This document shows positions 46,240 to 55,109 of a stretch of DNA of 64,000 nucleotides, in pieces. Position 1 is the stretch's first letter. Every line of letters starts with the position of its first letter. A program made the position numbers and the translations under genes. The stretch comes from Gammaproteobacteria bacterium. GTDB lineage: Bacteria > Pseudomonadota > Gammaproteobacteria > JADZEE01. The notes below the pieces were generated by a model. It saw only the letters and a program-made list of their open reading frames with translations. It was not told the origin of the DNA and searched no databases. The DNA is taken from NCBI GenBank assembly GCA_965225625.1, contig CBDDBH010000020.1, positions 70,341 through 134,340 of the forward strand, written 5' to 3'.

Positions 46240-48843
46240 ATGCGAACACGAACGCTCAGATGTTGCCGTGAGTTACTTATACTAGCTCTTGCATGCGCTA
46301 TACAGTCGGCATACAGCGAACCCGTCACCAAAATTCTCAACAACGGAGATGCGAAGAATCGTATTGATATTGTGGTAATGGGCGATGGATTTACGACAGC
46401 CGAATTAAGTGCTTTTGCGACCGCTGTGCAGACCTTGTTCAACGGTTTCTTCGATGAAGAACCGTTTAAAGAATATAAGTCCTATTTCAATGTACACAGA
46501 ATTGACGTTGTAAGTACTGATTCAGGAATAGATCACCCTGAAAACAACGTGTTCAAGGAGACGGCACTAGGCGGGCACTTCAATTGTACCGGTATACAGC
46601 GACTTATTTGCGTAGACGCCAGCAAGGTTAATGTTGTCTTGGATAACAGCGTGGCAGCAGACGAACGAGATATTATACTTGTCATCGTAAATGACCCGCA
46701 GAGCGCAGGCACCGCTCAGAGCGGCATCGGAATTGTCACGACTCACGCCGACTATATAGACATCACCCTACATGAGCTCGGACACAGTTTTGGACTTCTC
46801 GGCGACGAATTCGAGACCAATCCCCCGCCGTGCATCAACAACATTGAGCCATTTCAAGTAAATGTTACCAAGGAGACCGACCGCAATCTCATCAAGTGGA
46901 ACACTGAAGGTGGCCCGCCTACCGGTTGGATAGATAGCAATACCTTAGTGCCGACGACTAGCACAACCGATGGAGTGCCCGGGTTATATGAAGGCGCTAA
47001 ATTTTGTTCTTCAGGCCTATACCGGCCAACGCATGAGTCGAAAATGCGTGTTTCAAGCAAGCCTTTTGAGCAAATCAATGAAGAACAGCTCATAAAACGC
47101 ATTTACAACTTTGTGTCGCCAATTGAAACAATCGATCCGGTCAATCTTGACGTAATACTCGAACAAGGAGCGAGTACAACATTCCGGATAACGACAATGT
47201 CTCCTCCGACACAAAGTCTTTCGATTGCGTGGTCATTGAATGGTGCGGCGCAAGGAGCGGGGCTCGAGTTCACATTGAACACGACTGGCCTGACCCCGGG
47301 CATTTATAACGTGAAAGTCGTGGTAAAGGACCAAAACCCTAAGGTGCGTAACGACCCTGATGGCGAAATACCTGAAACTCTCGAATGGAGGGTAGCGGTT
47401 CAGGACAACGATGGAGTATCTGAGGCGCCGCTAGCTGATCAAGACCAGCCGAATGTTTCGACCACTGGTGCGGGAACCGCCATCGGTCTGACGACTAACA
47501 ATTCGCCGCAAAAGGTCGCGCAAACTGTCACCGCTGGCCGCGCCGGATTTCTTGCAGAAATCCGACTCCTGGTTGCATGCACATCGGGAGATTTGGACGT
47601 CGAAATACAGCGCGTAACAGCTGGCAATCCGGACGGCACAGTACTCGCTTCAGAAACTGTTCCTGGTTCCGCAATACCGTTTCCTCGGATCTTCAGGAGG
47701 GTCATCTTCTCGAATCCTGCATTTTTCCCGGTAGGGGGCCAGTTCGCGATAGTTTTGAAATCAGCAGGAAGCTGCGGCATCGACCGCGGTCTCGCCAAAA
47801 CAGAAAGCCAAACACATGCCGAAGCAGATTATTACACATCAGGAACTGCGTTTTTTGCGAATGCCGCTATCCCCGAGTGGTCTTCGCTTAACAATAGTAC
47901 CGCCGGAAAGGACTATCCTTTTCAGACGCTGGTCCCGTTGGACAATTGTCCATTTGTCGCGAACCCGACCCAAGCTGACTTTGACAATGACGGTGCCGGT
48001 GATGCCTGCGACGACAGCGATAGTGATGGAGTCGTCGACGCTGACGATGCCTTCCCTGGCGATCCGAATGAAACAGTTGATACCGATAATGACGGCACCG
48101 GAAATAATGCCGACACTGACGACGATAACGACCAGGTACTGGACACCCAGGACGCGTTCCCACTCGATGCCAACGAATCGGTAGATACCGATAGTGACGG
48201 CACCGGCAATAATGCCGACACTGACGACGATAACGACGGAGTGCTGGACACCCAGGACGCTTTCCCACTCGATGCCAACGAATCTGTGGATACCGATAGT
48301 GACGGCACCGGGAATAATGCCGACACGGATGATGACAACGACGGGGTGCTGGACACCCAGGACGCTTTCCCACTCGATGCCAACGAATCGGTAGACACCG
48401 ATAATGACGGCACCGGCAATAATGCGGACACCGACGACGATAACGACGGGGTGCTCGACACCCAGGACGCGTTCCCACTCAATGCTAACGAATCGGTGGA
48501 TACCGATAGTGACGGCACCGGCAATAACGCCGACACCGACGACGACAACGACGGTGTGCTGGACACGACGGATGCGTTTCCGCTTGATCCCGCCGAATCG
48601 GTGGATACCGATAGTGATGGCGTCGGCAATAATGCCGACACGGACGATGACAATGACGGGATGCCGGACAGCTTTGAGACGGCAAATAATTTTGATCCCT
48701 TGAATGCCGCAGATGGGAGCCAGGACGCAGATGGCGACGGCTTTACGAATGAACGGGAATTTCGCGCAGGCACAGATCCACACGACGCCAACTCGATACC
48801 CAAGGGCTCACTGTTCTGGCTTCCGCTGATATTGGACGAATGA
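46240..48843 (+). CDS. M64-family (IgA-peptidase-like) zinc metallopeptidase fused to 6-7 thrombospondin type-3-like Ca-binding repeats.
   Basis: DIVVMGDGFT and HELGHSFGLLGDEF (HExxH) are the M64 motifs. The C-terminal half is repeats of DTDxDGxGNNADTDDDNDGVLD, a TSP3 DxDxDGxxDxxD pattern. Confidence 0.7.
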   Translation: MRTRTLRCCRELLILALACAIQSAYSEPVTKILNNGDAKNRIDIVVMGDGFTTAELSAFATAVQTLFNGFFDEEPFKEYKSYFNVHRIDVVSTDSGIDHPENNVFKETALGGHFNCTGIQRLICVDASKVNVVLDNSVAADERDIILVIVNDPQSAGTAQSGIGIVTTHADYIDITLHELGHSFGLLGDEFETNPPPCINNIEPFQVNVTKETDRNLIKWNTEGGPPTGWIDSNTLVPTTSTTDGVPGLYEGAKFCSSGLYRPTHESKMRVSSKPFEQINEEQLIKRIYNFVSPIETIDPVNLDVILEQGASTTFRITTMSPPTQSLSIAWSLNGAAQGAGLEFTLNTTGLTPGIYNVKVVVKDQNPKVRNDPDGEIPETLEWRVAVQDNDGVSEAPLADQDQPNVSTTGAGTAIGLTTNNSPQKVAQTVTAGRAGFLAEIRLLVACTSGDLDVEIQRVTAGNPDGTVLASETVPGSAIPFPRIFRRVIFSNPAFFPVGGQFAIVLKSAGSCGIDRGLAKTESQTHAEADYYTSGTAFFANAAIPEWSSLNNSTAGKDYPFQTLVPLDNCPFVANPTQADFDNDGAGDACDDSDSDGVVDADDAFPGDPNETVDTDNDGTGNNADTDDDNDQVLDTQDAFPLDANESVDTDSDGTGNNADTDDDNDGVLDTQDAFPLDANESVDTDSDGTGNNADTDDDNDGVLDTQDAFPLDANESVDTDNDGTGNNADTDDDNDGVLDTQDAFPLNANESVDTDSDGTGNNADTDDDNDGVLDTTDAFPLDPAESVDTDSDGVGNNADTDDDNDGMPDSFETANNFDPLNAADGSQDADGDGFTNEREFRAGTDPHDANSIPKGSLFWLPLILDE
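48060..48680 (+). repeat. Intragenic near-identical 120-bp tandem repeats (about 6 copies) that encode the TSP3-like units.
   Basis: gacaccgatagtgacggcaccggcaataatgccgacac... recurs with only a few substitutions per copy. It also generates long spurious antisense ORFs. Confidence 0.7.
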
Positions 48844-48891
48844 ACGCAAAATGGGCAAACGAAACGTGCGGGTTTTGGGGGACACCGTTCG

Positions 48892-49064
48892 CGGGTTTTG
48901 GGGGACACCGTTAACTTATTAACTTAATTTTCGGTTTTTGAGAGCCCATCGATGTCCAGGGTTGCATCCAACACAATTCGAACGCCCCCGCTTATCCGTG
49001 TCATCCAAAAAGATCGTCCGTCGCTTTAAGTTAATAAGTTAACGGTGTCCCCCAATTTCCCGTT
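48892..49064. repeat. MITE-like element: imperfect ~36-bp terminal inverted repeats around a 98-bp core, with a 23-bp tandem duplication at the left end.
   Basis: Left arm 48898-48927 ttgggggacaccgttaacttattaacttaa equals the reverse complement of right arm 49026-49055. 48868-48889 and 48891-48912 are direct repeats. The element is intergenic, between the M64 peptidase and the amidohydrolase. Confidence 0.5.
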
Positions 49065-49177
49065 CGTAGTTAGCTCTGGTTAGCCGGACCCGCCACGCCC
49101 GCGCACTAGCCCAATAGGATTTGGAGCACCGCTCCGGCACACGAAAAATACCGCCGTCCGGTGCATAATCACGCTCT

Positions 49178-50968
49178 ATGCGTCGCACGGATAGATGTAG
49201 GGCTTCGGTACGTCCGCCCGGTACGTGGCAGGCCCTGCGCCTCCTGCACATGCTGTACCTGCTCTGGTACGGCATGGCTCTACAGGCGCAGTGTCCGCCG
49301 GCCGAGCAACGCGGCGCGCCCGCGGACCGGTTGTACGTCCACGGCACCGTGCTGAGCATGGACGAGGCCATAGGCACTGCGACGGCCGTGGCTGTGCGGG
49401 ACGGCAGGATCGCAGCCGTCGGTGACGACGATGCTGTTTCGTGTCTGCAGGGGCCCTCCACGCAGGTGACCGATCTGGTGGGGCGTACGCTGCTCCCCGG
49501 GTTCATAGACTCCCACTCGCATCTGGCCTATGTCGGTATCTACAACGAACACGCTGCGCCACTGTACGGTCCGCCCATCGGCACGGTCGACTCGATGGAA
49601 GGACTGTTGGCGGCGCTGCGCGACCGGGCAGCTGCAACCCCGGCTGGTGAATGGGTCTATGGGGTAGGCTACGACGACACGACGGTGCGCGAACGACGCC
49701 ACCCTACGCGCCATGATCTGGACCGCGTCTCCACGCGCCACCCCATATGGCTTTATCACATGTCGTTTCACTATGCGGCAGTCAACACGCTCGGACTGAC
49801 GCGACTGGGCATTACCGCGGACACGAAGGATCCGGCGGGCGGAACGGTACACCGGGATCCGGGCACACGAGTGCCAAACGGTTTGCTTGAGGAAGGTCCG
49901 GCCCTGCAACTCGGGTTCGGTTACGATCTGCCCATCACGGATGAGGAGGCCATCCAGGCTATCCGAGGCGCTGCCGACCTATACGCGAGCCGCGGATTTA
50001 CAACGGCGCAGTCGGGGCAAGCGAGCGTCCGCCAGTTTCAATTGATGCAACGCGCCTACACCGAAGATGCGTCCCCCTCGGTGCGCTTGATGGTGTATAC
50101 GGACCGTCCCGCCACAGCGGAACTGCTGGCGGGCCGTCTGCAGCCAGATCCCGCCGTCCATCCGGATATGATGCGCATTGCGGCGGCGAAGCTTTTCGCC
50201 GACGGCGCGATCCAAGGCTATACGGCCTATCTGCGCGAACCCTACTTCCGGCCGCCCGGGGACAAAGCGGATTTCCGGGGATATCCGCAGCAGACCATAG
50301 AGGAACTCACGGACACTCTGTCCACGTACTGCCAGCAAAGTCTGCGCGTGGCGGTGCACGCAAATGGCGATGCGGCAATCGATCAGGTTCTCGATGCCTG
50401 GGACAATGCGCGCCGCGCCGTCGGCCGCTGCGACGATCGCCTGGTCATCATCCACGCGCAAATGGCCCGTCGAGAGCAACTCCAGCGCATGAAGGTGCTC
50501 GGCGCCATCCCATCCTTCTTCATCCTGCACACGTATTACTACGGCGACGCGCATATTGCCCAGTTCCTCGGCCGCGAACGCGCTTTCGAGATCTCCCCGG
50601 CGCGCTGGGCGCGCGACCTCGACATCCCCTACACCATTCACATGGACTCACCGGTGGTACCCGTAAACGCTCTGGATCTGCTGTGGGCGGCCGTCCGCCG
50701 CAACACACGCTCGGGCGTGGTACTCGGACCAAAACAGCGTGTCGATGTCCTCGATGCGCTGAAAGCAATGACCATCAATGCTGCCTGGCAGTACCGCCAG
50801 GAAGACGTTAAGGGATCCGTAACGCCGGGAAAGTTCGTAGACCTCGTTGTGCTCTCGGCGAATCCGCTCGTCGACCCTGGGGGGATCCGCGACATCCGCA
50901 TCGAGGAGACCGTGCTCGGCGGGCGCGTCGTCTATCGGCGGAATCAGGCCCGAGACGCCGGCGAATAA
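49178..50968 (+). CDS. Amidohydrolase-family (Amidohydro_3-like) metal-dependent hydrolase.
   Basis: LPGFIDSHSHL metal-binding motif and the VAVRDGRIAAVGDD N-terminal domain. Start uncertain (49178, 49250 or 49274). Confidence 0.7.
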   Translation: MRRTDRCRASVRPPGTWQALRLLHMLYLLWYGMALQAQCPPAEQRGAPADRLYVHGTVLSMDEAIGTATAVAVRDGRIAAVGDDDAVSCLQGPSTQVTDLVGRTLLPGFIDSHSHLAYVGIYNEHAAPLYGPPIGTVDSMEGLLAALRDRAAATPAGEWVYGVGYDDTTVRERRHPTRHDLDRVSTRHPIWLYHMSFHYAAVNTLGLTRLGITADTKDPAGGTVHRDPGTRVPNGLLEEGPALQLGFGYDLPITDEEAIQAIRGAADLYASRGFTTAQSGQASVRQFQLMQRAYTEDASPSVRLMVYTDRPATAELLAGRLQPDPAVHPDMMRIAAAKLFADGAIQGYTAYLREPYFRPPGDKADFRGYPQQTIEELTDTLSTYCQQSLRVAVHANGDAAIDQVLDAWDNARRAVGRCDDRLVIIHAQMARREQLQRMKVLGAIPSFFILHTYYYGDAHIAQFLGRERAFEISPARWARDLDIPYTIHMDSPVVPVNALDLLWAAVRRNTRSGVVLGPKQRVDVLDALKAMTINAAWQYRQEDVKGSVTPGKFVDLVVLSANPLVDPGGIRDIRIEETVLGGRVVYRRNQARDAGE

Positions 50969-51018
50969 GCGGTCCACGATGAGGGGTTGTCTTTGCCGCT
51001 AGGAAAGGACGCCGCTTG

Positions 51019-51069
51019 AATGGTGCCGGAGAGGTGACTCGAACACCCGACCTACTGATTACGAATCAG
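51019..51069 (-). repeat. tRNA-Thr(CGU) 3' fragment (anticodon stem through CCA); direct repeat copy 1, an att-type site.
   Basis: The minus-strand read cctgattcgtaatcagg-taggtc-gggtgttcgagtcacct-ctccggc-a-cca folds as anticodon arm (anticodon CGT), T-arm, acceptor 3' strand and CCA. No D-arm or 5' acceptor follows. Confidence 0.7.
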
Positions 51070-51239
51070 GGGCCCGAGTATCATCTAACCCTTTGACAAA
51101 ATTGAATATTCTTCTCATTTGATTGTCCCTTGTTTGCGTCAATTTGCCTCCTAAAACCCCTGCTTGTCGAGTTTGCTCAGCTCCCGCCGATGACGTTACG
51201 CAAGTCCGTCAGTAAGCTAGCTTTTGTCTGGACACGATT

Positions 51240-51542
51240 TCACGCAGCCCGAGCACGTACTTCGTTTTTCAAGCGGTCGCCGAGCTGAATGCGGGCTTCC
51301 TCCAGGTCGTAATCGGCCTGAAGGCCCATCCACAAGGTCTCCGAAGTACCGAAATAGCGTGCCAGTCGAAGTGCCGTGTCGGCAGTTACGGCTCGCTTCC
51401 CGTGCACGATCTCATTGATGCGGCGTGGAGCCACACCGATCTCGCGTGCGAGCCGGTTTTGGCTGATCCCCATGGGGATCAGAAACTCGTCCAATAGCAC
51501 TTCTCCGGGATGAATGTTTTGCAGCCGCACCATGAGCTTCAC
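51240..51542 (-). CDS. higA: HigA antitoxin (XRE-family HTH).
   Basis: The LSQNRLAREIGVAPRRINEIVHGKRAVTADTALRLARYFGTS helix-turn-helix. Immediately downstream of higB with a 3-bp gap. Confidence 0.8.
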   Translation of the reverse strand: MKLMVRLQNIHPGEVLLDEFLIPMGISQNRLAREIGVAPRRINEIVHGKRAVTADTALRLARYFGTSETLWMGLQADYDLEEARIQLGDRLKNEVRARAA

Positions 51543-51545
51543 CTT

Positions 51546-51827
51546 TCAGTGATAATCTACAATCTCTACATTGCGAGCGTTGCCCCGCTGCCAGACGAAG
51601 CAGATCCGCCACTGTTCATTAACGCGGATACTGTACTGTCCCGCTCGACCACCTTTCAGGCGTTCGAGCCGGTTGGCTGGCGGAATGCGCAGGTCATCCA
51701 GGGAACGCGCGTTGTTCAGCATACGTAGCTTGCGGCGCGCTATTTGTTGAATGTCCTGAGGTAGCCGCCGCGAACGCTGCCCTTGCCAGATCTTCTCAGT
51801 TTCCCTTCCCTGGAAGCTTTCGATCAT
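51546..51827 (-). CDS. higB: HigB toxin (RelE/ParE superfamily, 'plasmid maintenance system killer').
   Basis: 93 aa with LKGGRAGQYSIRVNEQWRICF...VEIVDYH, a HigB-type sequence. Toxin-first gene order. Confidence 0.8.
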   Translation of the reverse strand: MIESFQGRETEKIWQGQRSRRLPQDIQQIARRKLRMLNNARSLDDLRIPPANRLERLKGGRAGQYSIRVNEQWRICFVWQRGNARNVEIVDYH

Positions 51828-51834
51828 TGGCGAA

Positions 51835-51872
51835 CTATAACGCGTTGCGTTATATAACGCAACGCGTTATAG
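51835..51872. promoter_or_regulatory. Perfect 38-bp palindrome 8 bp upstream of the higB start; candidate HigA operator / promoter.
   Basis: ctataacgcgttgcgttat|ataacgcaacgcgttatag was checked base by base and is perfectly symmetric. It contains two AACGCGTT sub-palindromes. Confidence 0.6.
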
Positions 51873-51904
51873 CCCTAAGTAAGAGATTTCGTTAACGCCT
51901 TGTA

Positions 51905-51955
51905 AATGGTGCCGGAGAGGTGACTCGAACACCCGACCTACTGATTACGAATCAG
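51905..51955 (-). repeat. tRNA-Thr(CGU) 3' fragment; direct repeat copy 2 (identical 51 bp).
   Basis: Base-for-base identical to 51019-51069. The flanks differ on both sides. Confidence 0.7.
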
Positions 51956-52137
51956 TTATATAACTATTCTCCGTTATCGATCTCAGTCCATCCGGTTCAA
52001 TAACTGGTTAATTATCCGATGGATTAAATCTATTTACATCCACTTGCATCAAGGGCGTGCGACGGGTATCTTGGCGTTGGGGTGACATAATGGTGACGCA
52101 GATGGACGGTGCCTCATCCCTCAACCAGGAGCACGCC

Positions 52138-53301
52138 ATGCTGACCGAACGCATCATCCGGGACGCCCAACCCGAGCCGAAAACCCGCATCCTGTGGGAC
52201 CAGGAGGTGAAGGGCCTGGGTGTCCGCATCACGCCGAAGGGTACGAAAGCCTATGTGCTCGACTACCGAATGCACGGCCGCCGCCATCGTGTGGTGCTGG
52301 CCCGAACGGCCGAGATCTCCTTGGAGGAAGTCCGCAAGCGCGCCGGTGCCGAGCGGGTGCGGATCCGCGCCGGCGAGGGCGATCTGCTGACGCGGCGGCG
52401 CGAGGCGCGTGCGTCACCCACGGTGACCGAGGGATTGGAGCGGTTCTTCGCCGAATATGTGCCGACGCGGCTGGCAGCGGGCCGCATGGCTCAGGGTACG
52501 GTCGATAGCTATCGCCAACAAGCTGCCCGATACCTGCGGCCTGCCCTTGGCCGGCGGCAGATCGCCGACATCACGCGCCACGACATCGAGCGCATGGTGG
52601 CGCCGCTCGCGACGGTCGCACCGGTGCAGCGTAACCGCGTGCTGGCGTTCACGAGCCGGCTGTTCCGGTTGTTCGAAGATTGGGAGCTGCGCCCGCAGCA
52701 CACGAACCCTACGCGGGGTATCGAGCGGGCGCGTGAGGAAGCGCGTGACCGGGTGCTCACGCCGTCGGAGATGACGGCACTCGGTGCGGCGCTGGCACGC
52801 GCGGAGAAGGACAAGCCCGCGGCCGTAGCGGCGATCCGGGTGGCGGCCCTGACGGGTCTGCGCATTGGCGAGGTGCTGGCGATGCGCTGGGAGCACTTAG
52901 ACACTGAGCACAAAGCCGTGGTGCTGCCCCACACGAAGACCGGGCGGCGCGTGCACGGCCTGCCCGCGGCGGCGCTCGAGCTGCTCGCGGGCCTGCCGCG
53001 CATCAACGGCTACGTGTTCACCACCGGACGCGACGCGGCCATTACGTATCAAACGGCCCACGCGGCCTTCGCAACCCTGGCGCGCGAAGCCGGCCTGTCG
53101 GACGTGCGCCTGCACGACCTGCGCCGCACGGTCATGACGAGCGCGGCGCGCGCGGGGGTCGGCACCCATGTACTACGCGACCTGCTCGGGCACAAGACCA
53201 CGGCGATGGCCGACCGCTACATCCGGCATGCCGGCGCGGCGGTTCACGAGGCCCAGGAGCACATCGGCGCGGCCATCGACGCGCAGCTGCGGGGCTTATG
53301 A
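52138..53301 (+). CDS. int: Tyrosine-type site-specific integrase (P4-like, with a DUF4102 arm-binding N-domain).
   Basis: ILWDQEVKGLGVRITPKGTKAYVLDYR (DUF4102-like) followed by the catalytic R...HDLRRT...Y region. Start taken at ATG 52138, which has an AGGAG RBS. Lies beside the att repeat. Confidence 0.85.
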   Translation: MLTERIIRDAQPEPKTRILWDQEVKGLGVRITPKGTKAYVLDYRMHGRRHRVVLARTAEISLEEVRKRAGAERVRIRAGEGDLLTRRREARASPTVTEGLERFFAEYVPTRLAAGRMAQGTVDSYRQQAARYLRPALGRRQIADITRHDIERMVAPLATVAPVQRNRVLAFTSRLFRLFEDWELRPQHTNPTRGIERAREEARDRVLTPSEMTALGAALARAEKDKPAAVAAIRVAALTGLRIGEVLAMRWEHLDTEHKAVVLPHTKTGRRVHGLPAAALELLAGLPRINGYVFTTGRDAAITYQTAHAAFATLAREAGLSDVRLHDLRRTVMTSAARAGVGTHVLRDLLGHKTTAMADRYIRHAGAAVHEAQEHIGAAIDAQLRGL

Positions 53302-53332
53302 TGGCGCCCGATACACGACGGAGGTTGGTTCG

Positions 53333-54133
53333 ATGAGCGGAACGGAGACCCCTCCTGAGCCGATCGAATGGTGCCCGCAGTGCGGTTCGCCGGTGATGAC
53401 GCCGGCGAACGTGCCCATGAGCGTGGACGCCGGTATGTGCCCAACGTGTGGGCAGAGCCCGATGGCGGCGGTTGTTCAGGACCTCTACGGCCCGGACACG
53501 AATCTGGGCGAACATCGAAGAAAGCTTATCGAGTACTTATCGGAGCTGACTAGGCTCCAGGAGCGCCGGAAAGAGGAGGATCTGCCCCCGTCCTATCAAG
53601 AGGCCGTGGACCTCGTGAAGCGGTATCCCTGGCCCGACCCTGAAGACCCCGAGGCTTGGGCCACCTTTGGGCTCATTTTACACTGTGTGATCTGGGTGGA
53701 TGGACAAGGGATGCTGATAGAAGAGCGCATCCGGGAGTTGCTTGAAGTCTGGCGAGACGAAAGCGAGCGGAAGTGGGATCGATTTTGGGTGCAGGAAGCG
53801 CTCGAAAAAATCGCAGCTCAGGCGCAGAAGGATCATCCACTCGCCGTTGAGATCTTCCAACGGCTGGCGAGCGGACGCCTCAACCGTCCGAGAGGTCGGT
53901 GCGATCCGCGGACAGATGAGGTTCGCAATACGAGTGTCGTCACGGTGATCGGGCATTTGCAGAGCCTGGGCATGAATCCGACGCGAAATGAAGTGAGCCC
54001 GGAACATTCCGCGTGCGATGCGGTCGCGGAAGCGACCGACTTGGAGTTGCCGACGGTCGAGACGATTTGGAAGCGGCGGACGGGCACGCAAGCAAACCGA
54101 CACAGGACCAGGGGGCAGTACGATGGGGCATGA
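53333..54133 (+). CDS. Hypothetical protein with an N-terminal zinc-ribbon (CPQCG...CPTCG).
   Basis: GGAGG RBS. Two CxxC pairs 25 aa apart. The C-terminal ~200 aa is acidic and helical with no known family. Overlaps the next gene by 11 bp. Confidence 0.45.
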   Translation: MSGTETPPEPIEWCPQCGSPVMTPANVPMSVDAGMCPTCGQSPMAAVVQDLYGPDTNLGEHRRKLIEYLSELTRLQERRKEEDLPPSYQEAVDLVKRYPWPDPEDPEAWATFGLILHCVIWVDGQGMLIEERIRELLEVWRDESERKWDRFWVQEALEKIAAQAQKDHPLAVEIFQRLASGRLNRPRGRCDPRTDEVRNTSVVTVIGHLQSLGMNPTRNEVSPEHSACDAVAEATDLELPTVETIWKRRTGTQANRHRTRGQYDGA

Positions 54134-55109
54134 CCTTTTCCAGGGCAGCATGGCGTTCGTGGGCGAGACACCGTGGCACCGCCTCGGCACGGCGGTTGAA
54201 TCACACATAACAGCGGAGCAGATGATGTGCGCGGCCAATTTGGATTGGCAGGTTCAAAAAGAGCCCGCCCCCGGCGCTCGGCTGCTCGATGCAGGCAGGA
54301 AAGTCTACGACCGGTACATCGTGCTGCGTGACCCGGTGGGTGACGAGACCGAGGCGGTCGCGCTCGCCATCGTCGGCAAGGATTACGAGTCGCTCCAGAA
54401 CAAGGATGCGTTCACGTTCTTCGAGCCCTTCATTGACAATGGCTGGGCCGAGTTCCACACAGCGGGCGCGTTGGGCAACGGCGAGCGGGTTTGGGCGCTG
54501 GCGCGGCTGTCGGAACAAATGGTCATCCATGGGGACGACCCTGTCGATCGCTTCCTGCTGCTCTCCAACTCCCATGACGGGTCGAGCGCCGTCACTGTGC
54601 GGTTCACGCCGGTCCGAGTCGTCTGCCAAAATACGCTGAGCCTCGCACAGGCGGGCGGGACGGGGGTCGTGTCCGTCCGTCATACCCGAAATATTCGCCA
54701 CAATCTGAAAAAAACCCAGGCGCAAGCATTGAAGCGTCTCTCCGATGCGGTATTTGCTGAGGCCGGATCCCTGTTCGCTTGCATGGCAGAGTGCAGTGTG
54801 GCGCCCGCAGCGGTAGACGGTTATCTAGAGACGCTGTTTCCGAGGACTCGCCGGCAGAAGACCCAAGGTCTGGAACCTGAGCGGTGGGGCCGCGTGAAGC
54901 AGATCCTTGGCGACGACACCGTCACGCCGTCCGCGACACGCGAGACGCTGTGGGCGCTCTACAACGCGGTCGTTCGGGATGAAGACTACCGCCGTACCCG
55001 CGAAGTGACCCGGGATGCACGATTGGAACGCGTGTGGTTCGGGCGCGGCTATGACTTGAAACGCAAGGCGCTTGAAACGGCCCGAGCTCAGTTGGCGAGC
55101 GCCGCCTGA
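54123..55109 (+). CDS. DUF932-domain protein (a mobile-element-associated family).
   Basis: The LLLSNSHDGSSAVTVRFTPVRVVCQNTL block is recalled from DUF932. About 328 aa from MGHDLFQG. Confidence 0.6.
   Translation: MGHDLFQGSMAFVGETPWHRLGTAVESHITAEQMMCAANLDWQVQKEPAPGARLLDAGRKVYDRYIVLRDPVGDETEAVALAIVGKDYESLQNKDAFTFFEPFIDNGWAEFHTAGALGNGERVWALARLSEQMVIHGDDPVDRFLLLSNSHDGSSAVTVRFTPVRVVCQNTLSLAQAGGTGVVSVRHTRNIRHNLKKTQAQALKRLSDAVFAEAGSLFACMAECSVAPAAVDGYLETLFPRTRRQKTQGLEPERWGRVKQILGDDTVTPSATRETLWALYNAVVRDEDYRRTREVTRDARLERVWFGRGYDLKRKALETARAQLASAA

Noticed and set aside
47839-48908. Three long minus-strand ORFs (314, 196 and 328 aa).
   Set aside because: They are generated by the 120-bp TSP3-encoding repeats of the M64 gene. 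They are repetitive S/P/R-rich artefacts.
51008-51075. Intact tRNA-Thr gene at the first repeat.
   Set aside because: Only the anticodon arm, T-arm and acceptor 3' strand are present. No D-arm or 5' acceptor (gccggag) follows on either copy.
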